DNA of 63,103 nucleotides, filler included. It is 13 parts of 13 records of this genome, joined end to end, with 100 filler letters (N's around TTAATTAATTAA, not from the genome) between each part and the next. Parts side by side here need not be neighbours in the genome. Positions count along the whole stretch, not along the records: positions 12,179 to 15,428 come from SRR9670534_687; positions 15,529 to 17,940 come from SRR9670534_701; positions 18,041 to 20,073 come from SRR9670534_703; positions 20,174 to 30,595 come from SRR9670534_719; 9 more parts are not named here. The stretch is one strand, 5' to 3'. Below the pieces are notes generated by a model, which saw only the letters and a list, made by a program, of their open reading frames with translations, ran no database searches and was not told where the DNA came from. The translations under genes and the position numbers were made by a program. Positions 12,526 through 24,755 of this stretch are shown here, piece by piece (the first letter of the stretch is position 1; each line of letters starts with the position of its first letter).

Positions 12526-15500
12526 GTAATTCAAATTCTGTATATCTTCAATAGTAATAGTAGGCACACATTTGCAAAATTACACCATACTCAGTGGAGG
12601 TACTTGTTAGTATGGTACATTTTTTAACTAAAAAAATACCATGATATTAAATAATAATATTCAAAAGCAGAGATCGAAAACGGTGTAGTATGGAATAATA
12701 TACCATTGGTATATAGCATGCACCTTACATGCATGCTATGCAAAATACGTTATAAATACGTTATAACTTATAATGTAATCATTATGCACCACATATGCAT
12801 ATGTGATATACCATATTACGATTTTACGATACCATATCGTATGATACCGTATGGCATAAGTAAATAGAACTTTGTGAGTCACGCAAAGAACACACAGTCG
12901 TGCTTGATGAATTTGGCACCTGTCAAGTAGTGTCAAACCTTACGCGATGCTGGATCTGTGCAATGTGTATTGTTACATTCCTATAGGGTACTTAATGAAT
13001 AATTAACAATGTACATATTATGTGTATTGCTGCATAATACGTGTATTGTTACATAATGTAACTTACATTCAATGTACAGTACGCTGTAATACATTGTGCA
13101 CCAGCGTAAATACTCTAGTTATGTTAGCTACTAACTGCGTTAGAGCAGGAAAATGGTGCTAACAATTGTCAAGCAAACTATGTACCGTACAATAAGGCTT
13201 ATTTTTAATGTGTACCTTTTACTTGTCCCAGGCTTCATTAATTTCAATACCCAAACGGCATACTTAAACATAGGAAAATGCCTCCTTGTCATTCACCATG
13301 CACCATATATAAGCATTGTATCTGTTGTGCCAGAATGGTAGGTAATTAGAGAAATTCTATAAAATTCCATTATCTGTCAGAACGATTCAGTCTCCATGCA
13401 TAAAATGGTTCATAACCTATTGAAATATAAACATCAGAAGTATTTTACAATAATAATAAATTCTTATTAATATTATTAACAGCACCTTGAGAAAAGCTAC
13501 TTTTACGATAACTTATAGTACTGTAAGTTACAGTCTGTAACACCGTGAATCGACGTAACTTAGGTACTATGTAATATTTCAATAGTAACTTACCATTCTA
13601 TAGATTTCGATTAAACTGCTCAAAATAAATATATGTAAATAACAACATGATTCCTGTGCAAATTGCACAGTGCAATGTTGAACATTTCAAAAAAAAACCA
13701 GCGCAAAATGGCGATAACAATTTGCCTTGTCTGAGCCAATACGTTGGATGATATGTTCTAATGATAGGCCTGTGTTTAAGAAATTATTATGGCAACTTGT
13801 ACCGATACATACATATCACAAAATGTTCGTAGCTGTTACGTCGTACATGAGTCATGCAACATGACAGGTAATGAACCTACATTACTGTTATACATACAAC
13901 AATAATGCACACACAATTGCCTTCTAATTTACATATTATCAATGTAACTGAATCTACGGTAACATGCAATGGTATGTACGTTACGAATCGTAACCTACGA
14001 TGAAGTTATTGACCGTACTGACAATATGTACTCGAACGCTTGAGAGCATAGGCCTCTGTATCCGATTGCCCTATTATAATTCAACGGTAGTAAGTTACCT
14101 ATATAATATCATTTACGGTAACATCGTTTAACAATAATAATAACCATAGTTAGCACATGCCTAAAAATACCTAAACGAATATGATCTTTATTTACTACGC
14201 GCCTAAAGTGTGTAAGCGAGCATGGTACCTCTCGATCAATCTACCAAAAACAAAACCGACGTAAGGCGACATCTGCTAGGAAATTTGAAGAACAAGCTGA
14301 AGGTTTCTGATTTTCCAATTTGCCAAATGCAGTGCATACTATACAATTCAATATGGAAACGTTCAGCTTGGCTACCGTACATACGTGTATTACTTACTAG
14401 ATGCATATTATCAATAAATCCACGTTCCAGAATAAATACGTACCTACATTCTGCTTCAGATTATTTTTAGTCTTCCTCGTTCCAATATGCATAATAACAA
14501 CTCTATCATAAGCACCTTTTTAGCCTTCTTCGTTTGAATAGGTATGCAGGACTCAATCATTGATGCTAAATGCTAAATTGCTCAAGCACGATGTTGCATT
14601 CAAAAACTTTATTTGAAATACACCGTATTATCAAACACAGTATGTACATCATATAATATATACATACATATTAATAATATATTAATAAGATATCTTAATC
14701 CACTTTGTTGGACAAAGTTTGTTAACACAATACCATAGGTACTTAATAGGTACCTAACTAATACGTACTACCTATACTTGAATCAGGAAACATAACGATG
14801 TACAAATTAGGAGCATTCTTATGGAGGCAATAGTAGGCCTACCATATCATATTGTATACTATGTACCTCAATAAGAATGCTTATCATCTTTATCTAAATA
14901 ACGGTAGATAGGTATGTACATATTACCGTCATTTTTACGTACCATGCAGTAATACGACAACAATAATAATAGGTAATCTAGCTAGTAGACCAACAGTACT
15001 ACGACAACAATCGGCCAAACCTAGACTCATCAGAATTCCTCACGTAACAACAATAATATTTGCAGATGTATAACTTATACTTGTACTTATTAAGTTAAGT
15101 ATGTACTGCATAGGTACCTTACAACCTACCTAGGTACCTACTCCAGCTTAAACATCACAATTAATAATATGTAAATACCTAAGTAACTAAATATGTACCC
15201 ATTTATCATACTTATTTGAAATATGTAGTAAGCCTGCGTACAATACGTTATTACTGTAATACATAATAAGGACCAATTTAATAATACTCATCAAATTCCA
15301 ACGTAGCCTACGTTACGTAGGTAATCTTTGTTGATACATAAAGAACTATAACTGATCGATTTCAAGGACTTATTAATCCCTTCATCAGACGAAAGAACAA
15401 AATTAGAAAATTAGCGTTTCGTTAAATANNNNNNNNNNNNNNNNNNNNNNNNNNNNNNNNNNNNNNNNNNNNTTAATTAATTAANNNNNNNNNNNNNNNN

Positions 15501-15528
15501 NNNNNNNNNNNNNNNNNNNNNNNNNNNN

Positions 15529-17676
15529 CTTAAACATGCATATCTGCAAAATAAAATCTGTAAAATAACACAATTAATTAGATTATCAATGAAATGTTCC
15601 ATATCTCTCTGAAAGATCAGAAATAAACCAAACAATTATACTGCATCAAAAATGTAAAATGGTTGCAAGGTCACCCATTCTATTGTAGTTATTGGTAAGG
15701 CTAACAATCTAAAATAGATTGAGATATACTCTCTGTATTAATTATTCATAGCCATGCATATAGCTTGTGCATAATTACGCCACAAGCCTAACATATCAAC
15801 CAATTTCTACTTAAACAAATAGTTGTATCTTCCATAATGTAAATACAAACCATAATGTTGATAGGTATAAAAATATTTATGTCTGTTTAGCAAGTCTTCT
15901 GATACTTTATCAACAGATGGCATTTCTTCAACAGGCTTAAACCACATTGCATTCCTAGTAAATCTTTGGTACTTCTCAGTGTTTAGAGGCATGAAAGTTA
16001 TGATCTATGATTTATTCTTTATATTGTTATTAATTAATATAGTTTGTATTATTAATTGTTAATAATAATTAAGGTAGTGTTTAATAATAATAATGTTATA
16101 TGTATATCATAAGTATTTTTATGTATAGGCTTACTAATAATAATATTTAATGTTATATCTACTTAGTACTAAAAAGTCTTCATTATTACTATTATAATTC
16201 AAAATAAGGCTAACCTTTTCTATTAAATGTAAGTTCTTTTGAATAGAAATAGTTCTTTTCATTCACTTTTAATAACTATAGTGGATCACAAAAGATATTT
16301 AACATGAACATATAATCTCATACAAAAAGGTACTAATTGTAAATTTGCAAGATTTCCATGTATACATTTTACACCATAATGATTTTCTTACTAGTAACAA
16401 ATTATGCAAAAAAAGTATTATATTAAGTAAATTCCTAAAAATCCTAACTACTTCATCATCATCTATGTTATCCCAAAATCATACAACTTTATTCAATCTA
16501 CCAATTCTCTTATTCAAAAATAGCATTCCAAGTGTTGATAGTGAACTTAGAAGCAATACCAAACTTTTCCATTTGTCTCATCCACAATTTTGCTTTTTTT
16601 AATACATTAAATACATATCAAACAATTGACTGACATAGAAGACTGATTTAACCTTGTCAAATTTCCCTTACATATGCCAGACAAATCTTTGACCAATTTA
16701 TTACTGATGCACTTATCAAAGATGACTTTAACATACTTTCTTTTGCTTTTTTTCTTAGTGTCTTTTATTACTGATGGAAACATGTAGGTATTACATAAAA
16801 AGCCATTTTAGAAAGGTAAGTAAGTGTTTCTGAAACACAAATCTTAAGCTACTTTTATGTTGTTCTGAACATATATATGTATCATTTTTTGAAAAGTCAT
16901 TTACTTTATCTACCAAACAAAAATTAAACTTATTATTTCTTATATTATTGTTATTACTGCATAATACATGCATAATAAGAAAAAATGGTACTACAAAAAG
17001 ATGCTGTTTGTAACCATGGCATTACTTCAATAACAGTGATGCAATTACATGTATTATTATCAATTACTATGGCTTGGACTTAGAGACATATCAAAAAGTA
17101 GCTCCCAGTTATCATTTTCATCATAAACAGATGCAAGTTTAGTGTTAACTAAATTAGAATCTTTCTTCTTTTCCATGGTATTATCTACATGAACAGCATT
17201 TGTCAAGATGTTAAACTTATCAGTAATTTCTGCTTATATATTTTTCAAGCATTTAAATGATTAACCATATATAATGGTTGGGTACTTATTTAGCAAAATG
17301 TCATAATTTTTGATATAGTATGCTGCCAACTGACTGTAACCAGTTGATTGTAAATATCAACAGAATTGAAGTCTTTGGCATGTCAATTCTATTACAATTA
17401 TATCAGCTATGTGTTGCAAGATATTTTTACCTTTATTAACCTCACTACTATCTAGCTTAGCCAAATCATCATAATCTTTGCAATCCAATAGCTGCAGTAA
17501 CCTATTGTAGTCATAAAAGAGATGTAAATTATTTATTCTATATTTCTCATTTTTCATATATATATATATATATACAACAATGTAGTCAACAATTCCTTTT
17601 TATCTAAGTTGAATGGTATGTATTCATCTTTTAACCAGTATAAGTCTGCTGCTGTTATAGTTTTACATTTTTCCAT
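15529..17676 (-). pseudogene. Three tandem decayed intronless ORFs of unknown origin (possible endogenous viral element or Polinton remnant)
   Basis: ORF A about 17676-17060: one (TA)n frameshift and 3 in-frame stops. ORF B about 17040-16210: several frameshifts and stops. ORF C 15992-15529: 3 in-frame stops. No obvious introns, AT-only spacers between ORFs, almost no CpG. Confidence 0.55.
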
Positions 17677-18151
17677 AATATTATTTATTAATATGGTAAG
17701 CCTTGTTACTAGTAATAATGATAACTTATTATTATATAATAACAATAATGACATACTTAGGGAAAATTCTGTTTTATTACAACAATGTAAAAATTCTATA
17801 GATGATATTACAATTATTGGTGATAGTATAACTACAACCCTTACATAGTATTGCTAGGTACCTAACAAGTACCTTAATCTTCGTTCTAGATATGTTATTA
17901 ATCTAGTTATTGATTTAAAACTATTTAATAAATAAATAAANNNNNNNNNNNNNNNNNNNNNNNNNNNNNNNNNNNNNNNNNNNNTTAATTAATTAANNNN
18001 NNNNNNNNNNNNNNNNNNNNNNNNNNNNNNNNNNNNNNNNATCTAGCATTTATTATGCACTCTCCCAATAGAAGATAGCTACTCTAGAGTATGACAAAAG
18101 AAAATTGCTTTAAGCAGTACATAGTACAATGGCGAAATCAATTTAAACAAC

Positions 18152-18501
18152 CTTAACAAAATCTGTTAAAAATTCACTTGTTCTAAAAAAATGATTCCCA
18201 GACCGAGTTTCGTTCCACGTGTTCTTGACGTGCATAACTTTTGCATTTTTCAAATCTTGTAAAACATCCACAGTTTTCTAAAGAGACGAAAAGTATCCCT
18301 GCTCGATGAATCGGATCTTACCTCTTCAACCTGATAGTTCTTAGGATTATTATTCAACGAACTATATTTTTGCTTATGAACAAGAACTCTAGCTTGATAA
18401 ATTTCTGGCAAACAGCACCCCTGTGAAGCCTCAGATACCGCGTTCCCAAAAACGACACACAATAAGTAAAAGATGTACCCGCAAAATAAAATCATTACCA
18501 T
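18152..18501 (-). CDS. Secreted ependymin-related (EPDR-like) protein, first two exons
   Basis: Signal peptide followed by GCCLPEIYQA (EPDR-type CCxP motif). Phase-0 exons 18501-18322 and 18277-18152 with a 44-bp GT-AG intron; exon 2 reads KTVDVLQDLKNAKVMHV..EFLTDFVK. Gene runs into the gap. Confidence 0.6.
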
Positions 18502-18814
18502 TGTTTATCAATATCTCAGACTTATTCAGTAATGATAGACGTTTTATATCACAAAACGATGAACAGGTAAATTGAAAAGTACTTGAATAGTTAATAATTC
18601 CATAGATAATAATAACGCATAAAAATAATTAAATGCCGAGGCTCTTTCAGTGTTCGTTTGATAGATAAAAGACGTATTGGTGTTACAGTAATATCGATTT
18701 CAGCATCTTATAACAGGATTCTTATTGACTTTATTATTCTATTATTAATTAATAGTAAAGACAAACAAGTGCATCGGTACAAATTTACAGTGTAAATTTT
18801 AAATGAAACATTTC

Positions 18815-19346
18815 CTACAAAATAACCTGATCTAATATAGCACTTTCGACTGCTCTAAGAGATTCAGTATCGATTTTTTCCAATGATATACTGATCAAAA
18901 TGGACTGTTTCTTCCATGCACTTCTTTCTGCTAAGCTTATTAGCATGATATCAAGCATTTCCTAATTAAAATTATAAAAATATTATTAGGAAATGTTAAC
19001 AAATATACCTATATTATAAGTACTATGTACTATTATGTACTTAATAATAACAACAGCGTTATAATGCAGCTAAACATATACATATAATAATAATGTTGAT
19101 ATATCAAACCTATGTGTATGCTATGCACCAAATGTGATTTATAGATTATTAATAAAGTTTACAATTAGAAATTACAAATGTGATTTACAATTAAAAATTA
19201 TAAAAAATATTATTTATAACAGATTAGCGTTATTAATTATTAATAATTTATGAACTTATTAGATATGTCTTACATTTTTCAAACCAAACAGTTGCCGAGT
19301 ATCGTAATACGCTTTATCAGAATCTTGAGGTTTGTCTGAGATAATC
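18815..19346 (-). CDS. PSMG3: Proteasome assembly chaperone 3 (PAC3), last two exons
   Basis: Exons 19346-19274 and 18961-18815 splice in frame to ..YDTRQLFGLKNEMLDIMLISLAERSAWKKQSILISISLEKIDTESLRAVESAILDQVIL*. This aligns with recalled human PSMG3 LTTKVLLGQDEPLIHVFAKNL..RAVLLAVAVKDKSMEGLKALREVI. Not in the ORF track. Confidence 0.72.
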
Positions 19347-20626
19347 CTAACCTAACAATTTATTCTTATTATTATTAATAAATTCTAATTGAAAACATCT
19401 TGACATACTACATAGTATACATCTTTTAGTTACACATAATTATTTCAAATAATTTATTTGTAATAACGTACTACGTAAATAGGCTATTTATAATTTCGCA
19501 AACACGATGTGTTTAGCACATCCATGTACATTTAGGTATTACCCAAGCATATTACGGTGTGTAATATTCTTGGCATTACCTATTATAGGTATTATACAAT
19601 CGTCGAGCTATGTCCTACATGGTACTATAGAGTGTACAATTATATAACAGTGTACAATTATATAGTACAATTGTATATTATATGTACCACAGAAATTTGT
19701 GATCAATAAACTACTACTATGAACTACGAATGAAAATTAAAGGCTTTAATTTACAATAGTCAGTGTGGTTCGACGATTGCTACTAATATATGTATGTGGA
19801 ATCCGCGTCGTGGGTGTATAACCCACCATGTATTTGCAAACGTATACATACGTTATGGTAACTACCGTTGTAGTACAACAATGCGTGCGTGCATACAGGC
19901 TATCATACAACAAAACCATCACGTACGCTATAGCGTATAATGCAGTGTGTAGTTTTCGAAACTTATTGCAAGTTATTCCAAGTTATTAAAATTTAATGTT
20001 AATTTAATTTAATTAGTAGTACATAAGTTAATTTGATTAGTACAGTAGTACATACTGATGTAATACATACCTANNNNNNNNNNNNNNNNNNNNNNNNNNN
20101 NNNNNNNNNNNNNNNNNTTAATTAATTAANNNNNNNNNNNNNNNNNNNNNNNNNNNNNNNNNNNNNNNNNNNNATATAGGAAATAAAATCTTAGCTTTGA
20201 AAATATCCTATATTTTATAAATAAATATCAGAAAAGTAAAACTTTTTTTAGAAATTTTTACAAAAATTATTTTATTAAAAATGTAAGTTATTAATGTATT
20301 AGATCTCAATTTAATAGGATATATTTATTAAAAAGATTTAATAATCTTTTATTATTAATAATAAATACATTTGATAGCTTCTGTAATATAATAATATATT
20401 TAGATATGTTTAGATTAACTAAGATCTTAATAAATTTATATGTACTGTATTTACTAAAATTAGCCATAAGTTAATTCAATAACGACTTGTTATTATTATT
20501 AATAATCATAGAAATAGAAAATAGATTACCCGTATGCTAAATTTCTAAAATTTAATTTTAGCATGATATCGTGATACTTCATGCATCTAGTCATCATTTG
20601 CAGTATGTTTCGATAACGAAGAGAAA

Positions 20627-22480
20627 ATGCAACGTTGTTTTCAAAAGAAGAACCTACTCGAAGCTGCTGGAAATTTCTTCCTCAGGATACACCAAAGATG
20701 CCTAAGTACAGGTTTAATGGGAGCTTCTTTAATTTCTCGTGATGAATACGTTCAAAGACGAAAGAGTCTTATTGAAGATTTAACGAAAAGAATATACAAT
20801 CGTAAGGTTTATAGAGAAAGTCATCATGTATTCTTGTTGCCTTCATCTGGCAAGGTATTCATGACCCAAAATATTGCTTACAAATTTCGCCAAAATTCTG
20901 ATTTTTACTATTTGACTGGTTTATCGTCGCCGGATTGTTTACTGCTTTATCATACGGTGCCTACGACTTCGAGCTTAGCAGTAAAGTTTGCCTGTGTACT
21001 TTTTCTCGTGCAAAGAGATCGAATTGAAGAATTATGGGATGGTCTTTCCCATGACCTCGGCGATGTGTCCTCCTATACAGGTACATAGAGATACCTACCT
21101 ATGTCGATTTATGCACGTTCTAACTTTTTATGTGAAAATTTCAGGGATTAACAAAGTCTTTCCATCATCTGAAATTGGATCGTATTTGAAGAATCTTTTG
21201 CATGATTATGGATTTTCTAACATTTGTGTTTGGTATGACGATGATCAAGTTCATCCTGATTTTCATAAGCGATATTTCAAACCGTTCTTGACCTCATTTC
21301 ACCCAGTTGATACATGCTCCACCCGAAAACCAATTGAACGGCTGCGAATCAAAAAGTCAGAAAAAGAAATTGAAATTATGGCAACAGCCGCAGATATAAC
21401 GGCCAATGCTATACATGCCAGCATGGCTGCAACCTATCCAGGGGTAAAGACCGTATTTTCGATATGTTTTGACCATGTTTTATAATCGGGTGTGGCATGC
21501 AATGACCTACTTTCTTCAAGGTCAAATTGTTGTTTTGCTTTAGGTGACCGAATCGGTCATAGAGGCCACAATGGAGTTTTCAAGCATACTCAATGGGGCT
21601 AAAAGATTAGCATTTCCACCGGTTGTTGCAGGTATGTGCAAATATTGCCAACGTTATCCATAAAAGTATGAATACTAACTAAGCAACTTTTTATTGATAT
21701 CTCATTGTAATATCTACGAAAAAATCATTTTAAGGTGGATCTCGCGCTAATGTCATTCATTACATTGAAAATAAGTTTCCCGTTAATGAAAATGAATTAA
21801 TTTTGATGGACACTGGTTGCGAGTATTATGGTTATAATTCAGACATCACCAGAGTTTGGCCTGTGTCCGGTAAATTAAGCAATTACATATTTTCTGATAA
21901 TGTTCTAAGTATTTGCATAATGTGCATTATTATCATTATCATTGCAATTTTGAACTTAGGTCACTTCAACCCTTATCAGAAGGCTTTGTACGAAGCGTTA
22001 TTGGACGTGCAATTACATTGCATCAAGTTAGCTCATGAACAGCATACGCCATTGAATTTACTCCACCGACATATGCTGCTAAAAATGATAAAAAATCTAA
22101 CGGAACTTGGTCTTCTTCCGAAAGATAGTTCCAGAGAAGAACTAATGCAATTGATTAAATGGTATTGTCCTCATCATGTTGGTCATTACTTAGGAGCTGA
22201 CGTTCACGATACCCGAGAAACTCCAAAGGATATCTCCCTAGAACCTGGCATGTGCTTTACGATTGAACCAGGTATTTATGTTAGCGAAAATGACCGAATG
22301 ATGCCCAAGGAATTTCGTGGAATGGGAATACGCATTGAGGATGATATTGCAATCAACCTAGATGGTTCTTTAAATGTTCTGAGCAAAAACTGTGTGAAAG
22401 AGGTTCATGCCGTAGAACAAATGGTAGCTAGCAAAACCAGCAATATCTCAGGAACTTTTGATATCCATAAAGACTATTAG
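20627..22480 (+). CDS. XPNPEP3: Xaa-Pro aminopeptidase 3 / mitochondrial intermediate cleaving peptidase (ICP55), 5 exons, complete
   Basis: Arg-rich presequence, YKFRQNSDFYYLTG, LRIKKSEKEI, LAFPPVVAGG, MDTGCEYYGYNSDITRVWP, PHHVGHYLGADVHD, TIEPGIY, GIRIEDD. Exons about 20627-21080, 21144-21443, 21544-21631, 21735-21870, 21960-22480. Confidence 0.96.
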
Positions 22481-24164
22481 TTATGCATTTCAAATATTTG
22501 TGTAATCTAGTAAGCAACAAGAAAACCACATTACATACAGTGCAAGCAAAACTCATTGAATTGTTAGTAAACTAAATATTTACTAGCTATTGACTTGAGT
22601 TTCAAAGGAGATCCATACCAGGGGAAATTGTCCCTAAAACCCTTTTATGTACATATTCAATGAGTGATCTCCTGTAAGTACGTAAATATCTTAGTATTTT
22701 CGTATAATAATATACTATATTCTTTATACAGTACCGTACTACGGTATATTATTAATTTGTAAATAATAGATGAAAAATACTATGCTGTAACAAGGCTTGA
22801 CTTCAGGACCAGGCAGAGACCCTATGACGAAGTTTGTTAAACGAATATTACCTTGGAACGTGGTACGAAGTTTTTATCCTATGCAGCCTACATGATGTAG
22901 GTTGTTTATTTTTTAATTTGTTTCACATATTAATAAAGGATGAGGCCAAGAAATATAACTGTAACTGTTGAAGATAAGGAACATTTTCAAATATTATAGT
23001 TGTAAAAAAGTGGGCGTTTTTACATAGAAATTTCCATAAACAGATGTCTCTCCTGAATGTCAGCCTTTCTCGTTATATTGATAGCGAAACATATTATTAA
23101 TAACAAGTCATAGGAGTTAGTAACAACCAATTGGTCCGTATTTTAAACATTTATTTTTTTGTTTGTTATACTAAACTTTGTTTGAAAACTCAGTTGGAAC
23201 AACTGTAATAACTGTGTTGGCGTTAATGTTGTATCTTAATTTTATCCAAGTAACGAAATTGTATCTTGGACCATTTTACAACATTGGCACTAACACAATG
23301 GTTATGCTCATTAACCTATTATTTATTTTGAATAGATAGCTTTCAAAAGTAAATATTATTTCAACTATTTTAATTATTTCAAGATTAAATCATAACTTGT
23401 CACTTTTGTTAACCTATTCATTACGTATATCAATTACAAATTGGAAGTCATTACAATCATACTTATGTATTTAGTTGACTCTGCTTGTTTTATTGTATCG
23501 TAAAATTTTCGATTATGTATACCTATGTTTCAATGACTTTTAATGAACAAAATGTTATTTTTGTTTAATAATAACACTGATAACAACATCTGCTTTTATG
23601 CAGTCCAATGTTTGTATCTTCGTAGTGGCCATATAGTACTTATAATTAGCAGTATCTATAGTATCGTTTTTTGATAGATAATAAAGTTTACGTTTTTGAC
23701 TAACTAATATGTCATACTGGATTATATAATTAATTTAATACGAAATTCATATTATGAACATTTCAATTATGAATCTATCATAATTTTAAAAAATTTGAAA
23801 AAATGTAAAAAAATTAAAATTTCACCTAAATTTTTTCATTTGAGCTCAAATTTGATTTGATGTTTGTACAGAGCAGCTCAACATTGGCAAAATATGTTCT
23901 TATTTGCTCAAGTACACTAAAATTGCCTTTCTAATTTCGATGTATGCTATTATGGGAGACATCTTTTTTGAAGGTTGAAAGATTGCACCTCAATGTCTTT
24001 TTAGTACTAAATTTTGCTTTCCTAAAATAAAATGGTGGGTTAAGCAAGTTGTCTTAGGCAACATGTTTCTATACTAAAACCTTAATTTCTTAGCCTTTAT
24101 ATCAAAACTTTCATTGAAATCAGCAAATTGATTATTATTAATAATAAAATATAGCTATGTTTGA

Positions 24165-24270
24165 TTTTTTGCAAAATTTTAATAACTAGAGGCAAATCAA
24201 AATTATTTTGTTCATCAAAATGAAGCTGAGAAATGGAGGGCACAAAACTTTGGGATTTTGAACCACCCTA
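24165..24270 (-). mobile_element. One end of the hAT-like MITE family also present at 55576-55840
   Basis: Reverse complement tagggtggttcaaaatcccaaagttttgtgccctccatttctcagcttcattttgatg aligns with 55576 tagggtggttcaaatccaaaagctttggctcccccattttttgcttcgttttaatg. Confidence 0.75.
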
Positions 24271-24755
24271 CTAACACATCCCTGCTGTTATTATCACTAC
24301 ATTTCAGTGTTCTATTACTACTAACATTATTTTAGTCAAAGAAAATCCATGATTTCCAAACCATTTATTGATTCTTTGCTCCTATTGTTTGAACCCCTAA
24401 CAATGTATACATTCTTGCAAATCACAATTTATTGTGATCCATTAGCTAGCTATTATAAGTATATATTATTAATAACGTTGTTCAATCCATGCAGCATTTT
24501 TTTTGTTCAGATCCTATTGAAAATTTGTGGGTTGATTTTATTAATTATTTCAGGCAGATAAGTAGTCTATTTTGTTGGAAAGCAGCTTAGCCCTAGAACT
24601 TTCCCCTATTATCTACTATAATAAGACAGGATTTATTTAGTAAGCACATTTTCTTCTTGTACTACATGCTGTTCCAATTATTAACTAGTATTGTTCCACT
24701 TCCCATATATATTATCCCTGAATCAGCTTTTATGCTAAAACATTCATAGGTGGCA

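Noticed and set aside
13230..13341. Next polycystin exon (GFINFNTQTAY..)
   Set aside because: Phase fits, but the similarity ends after FINF and a stop follows without the S4 KFLKLLRFN-type motif.
15529..17676. Stop-codon reassignment (TAA/TAG=Gln) to explain the in-frame stops
   Set aside because: In-frame TGA and frameshifts also occur, and host genes end in TAA/TAG/TGA normally. Pseudogenisation is simpler.
17693..17848. IIGDSI as a GDSL/SGNH esterase motif of a LINE ORF1
   Set aside because: A stop follows after a few codons and no further SGNH blocks are visible.
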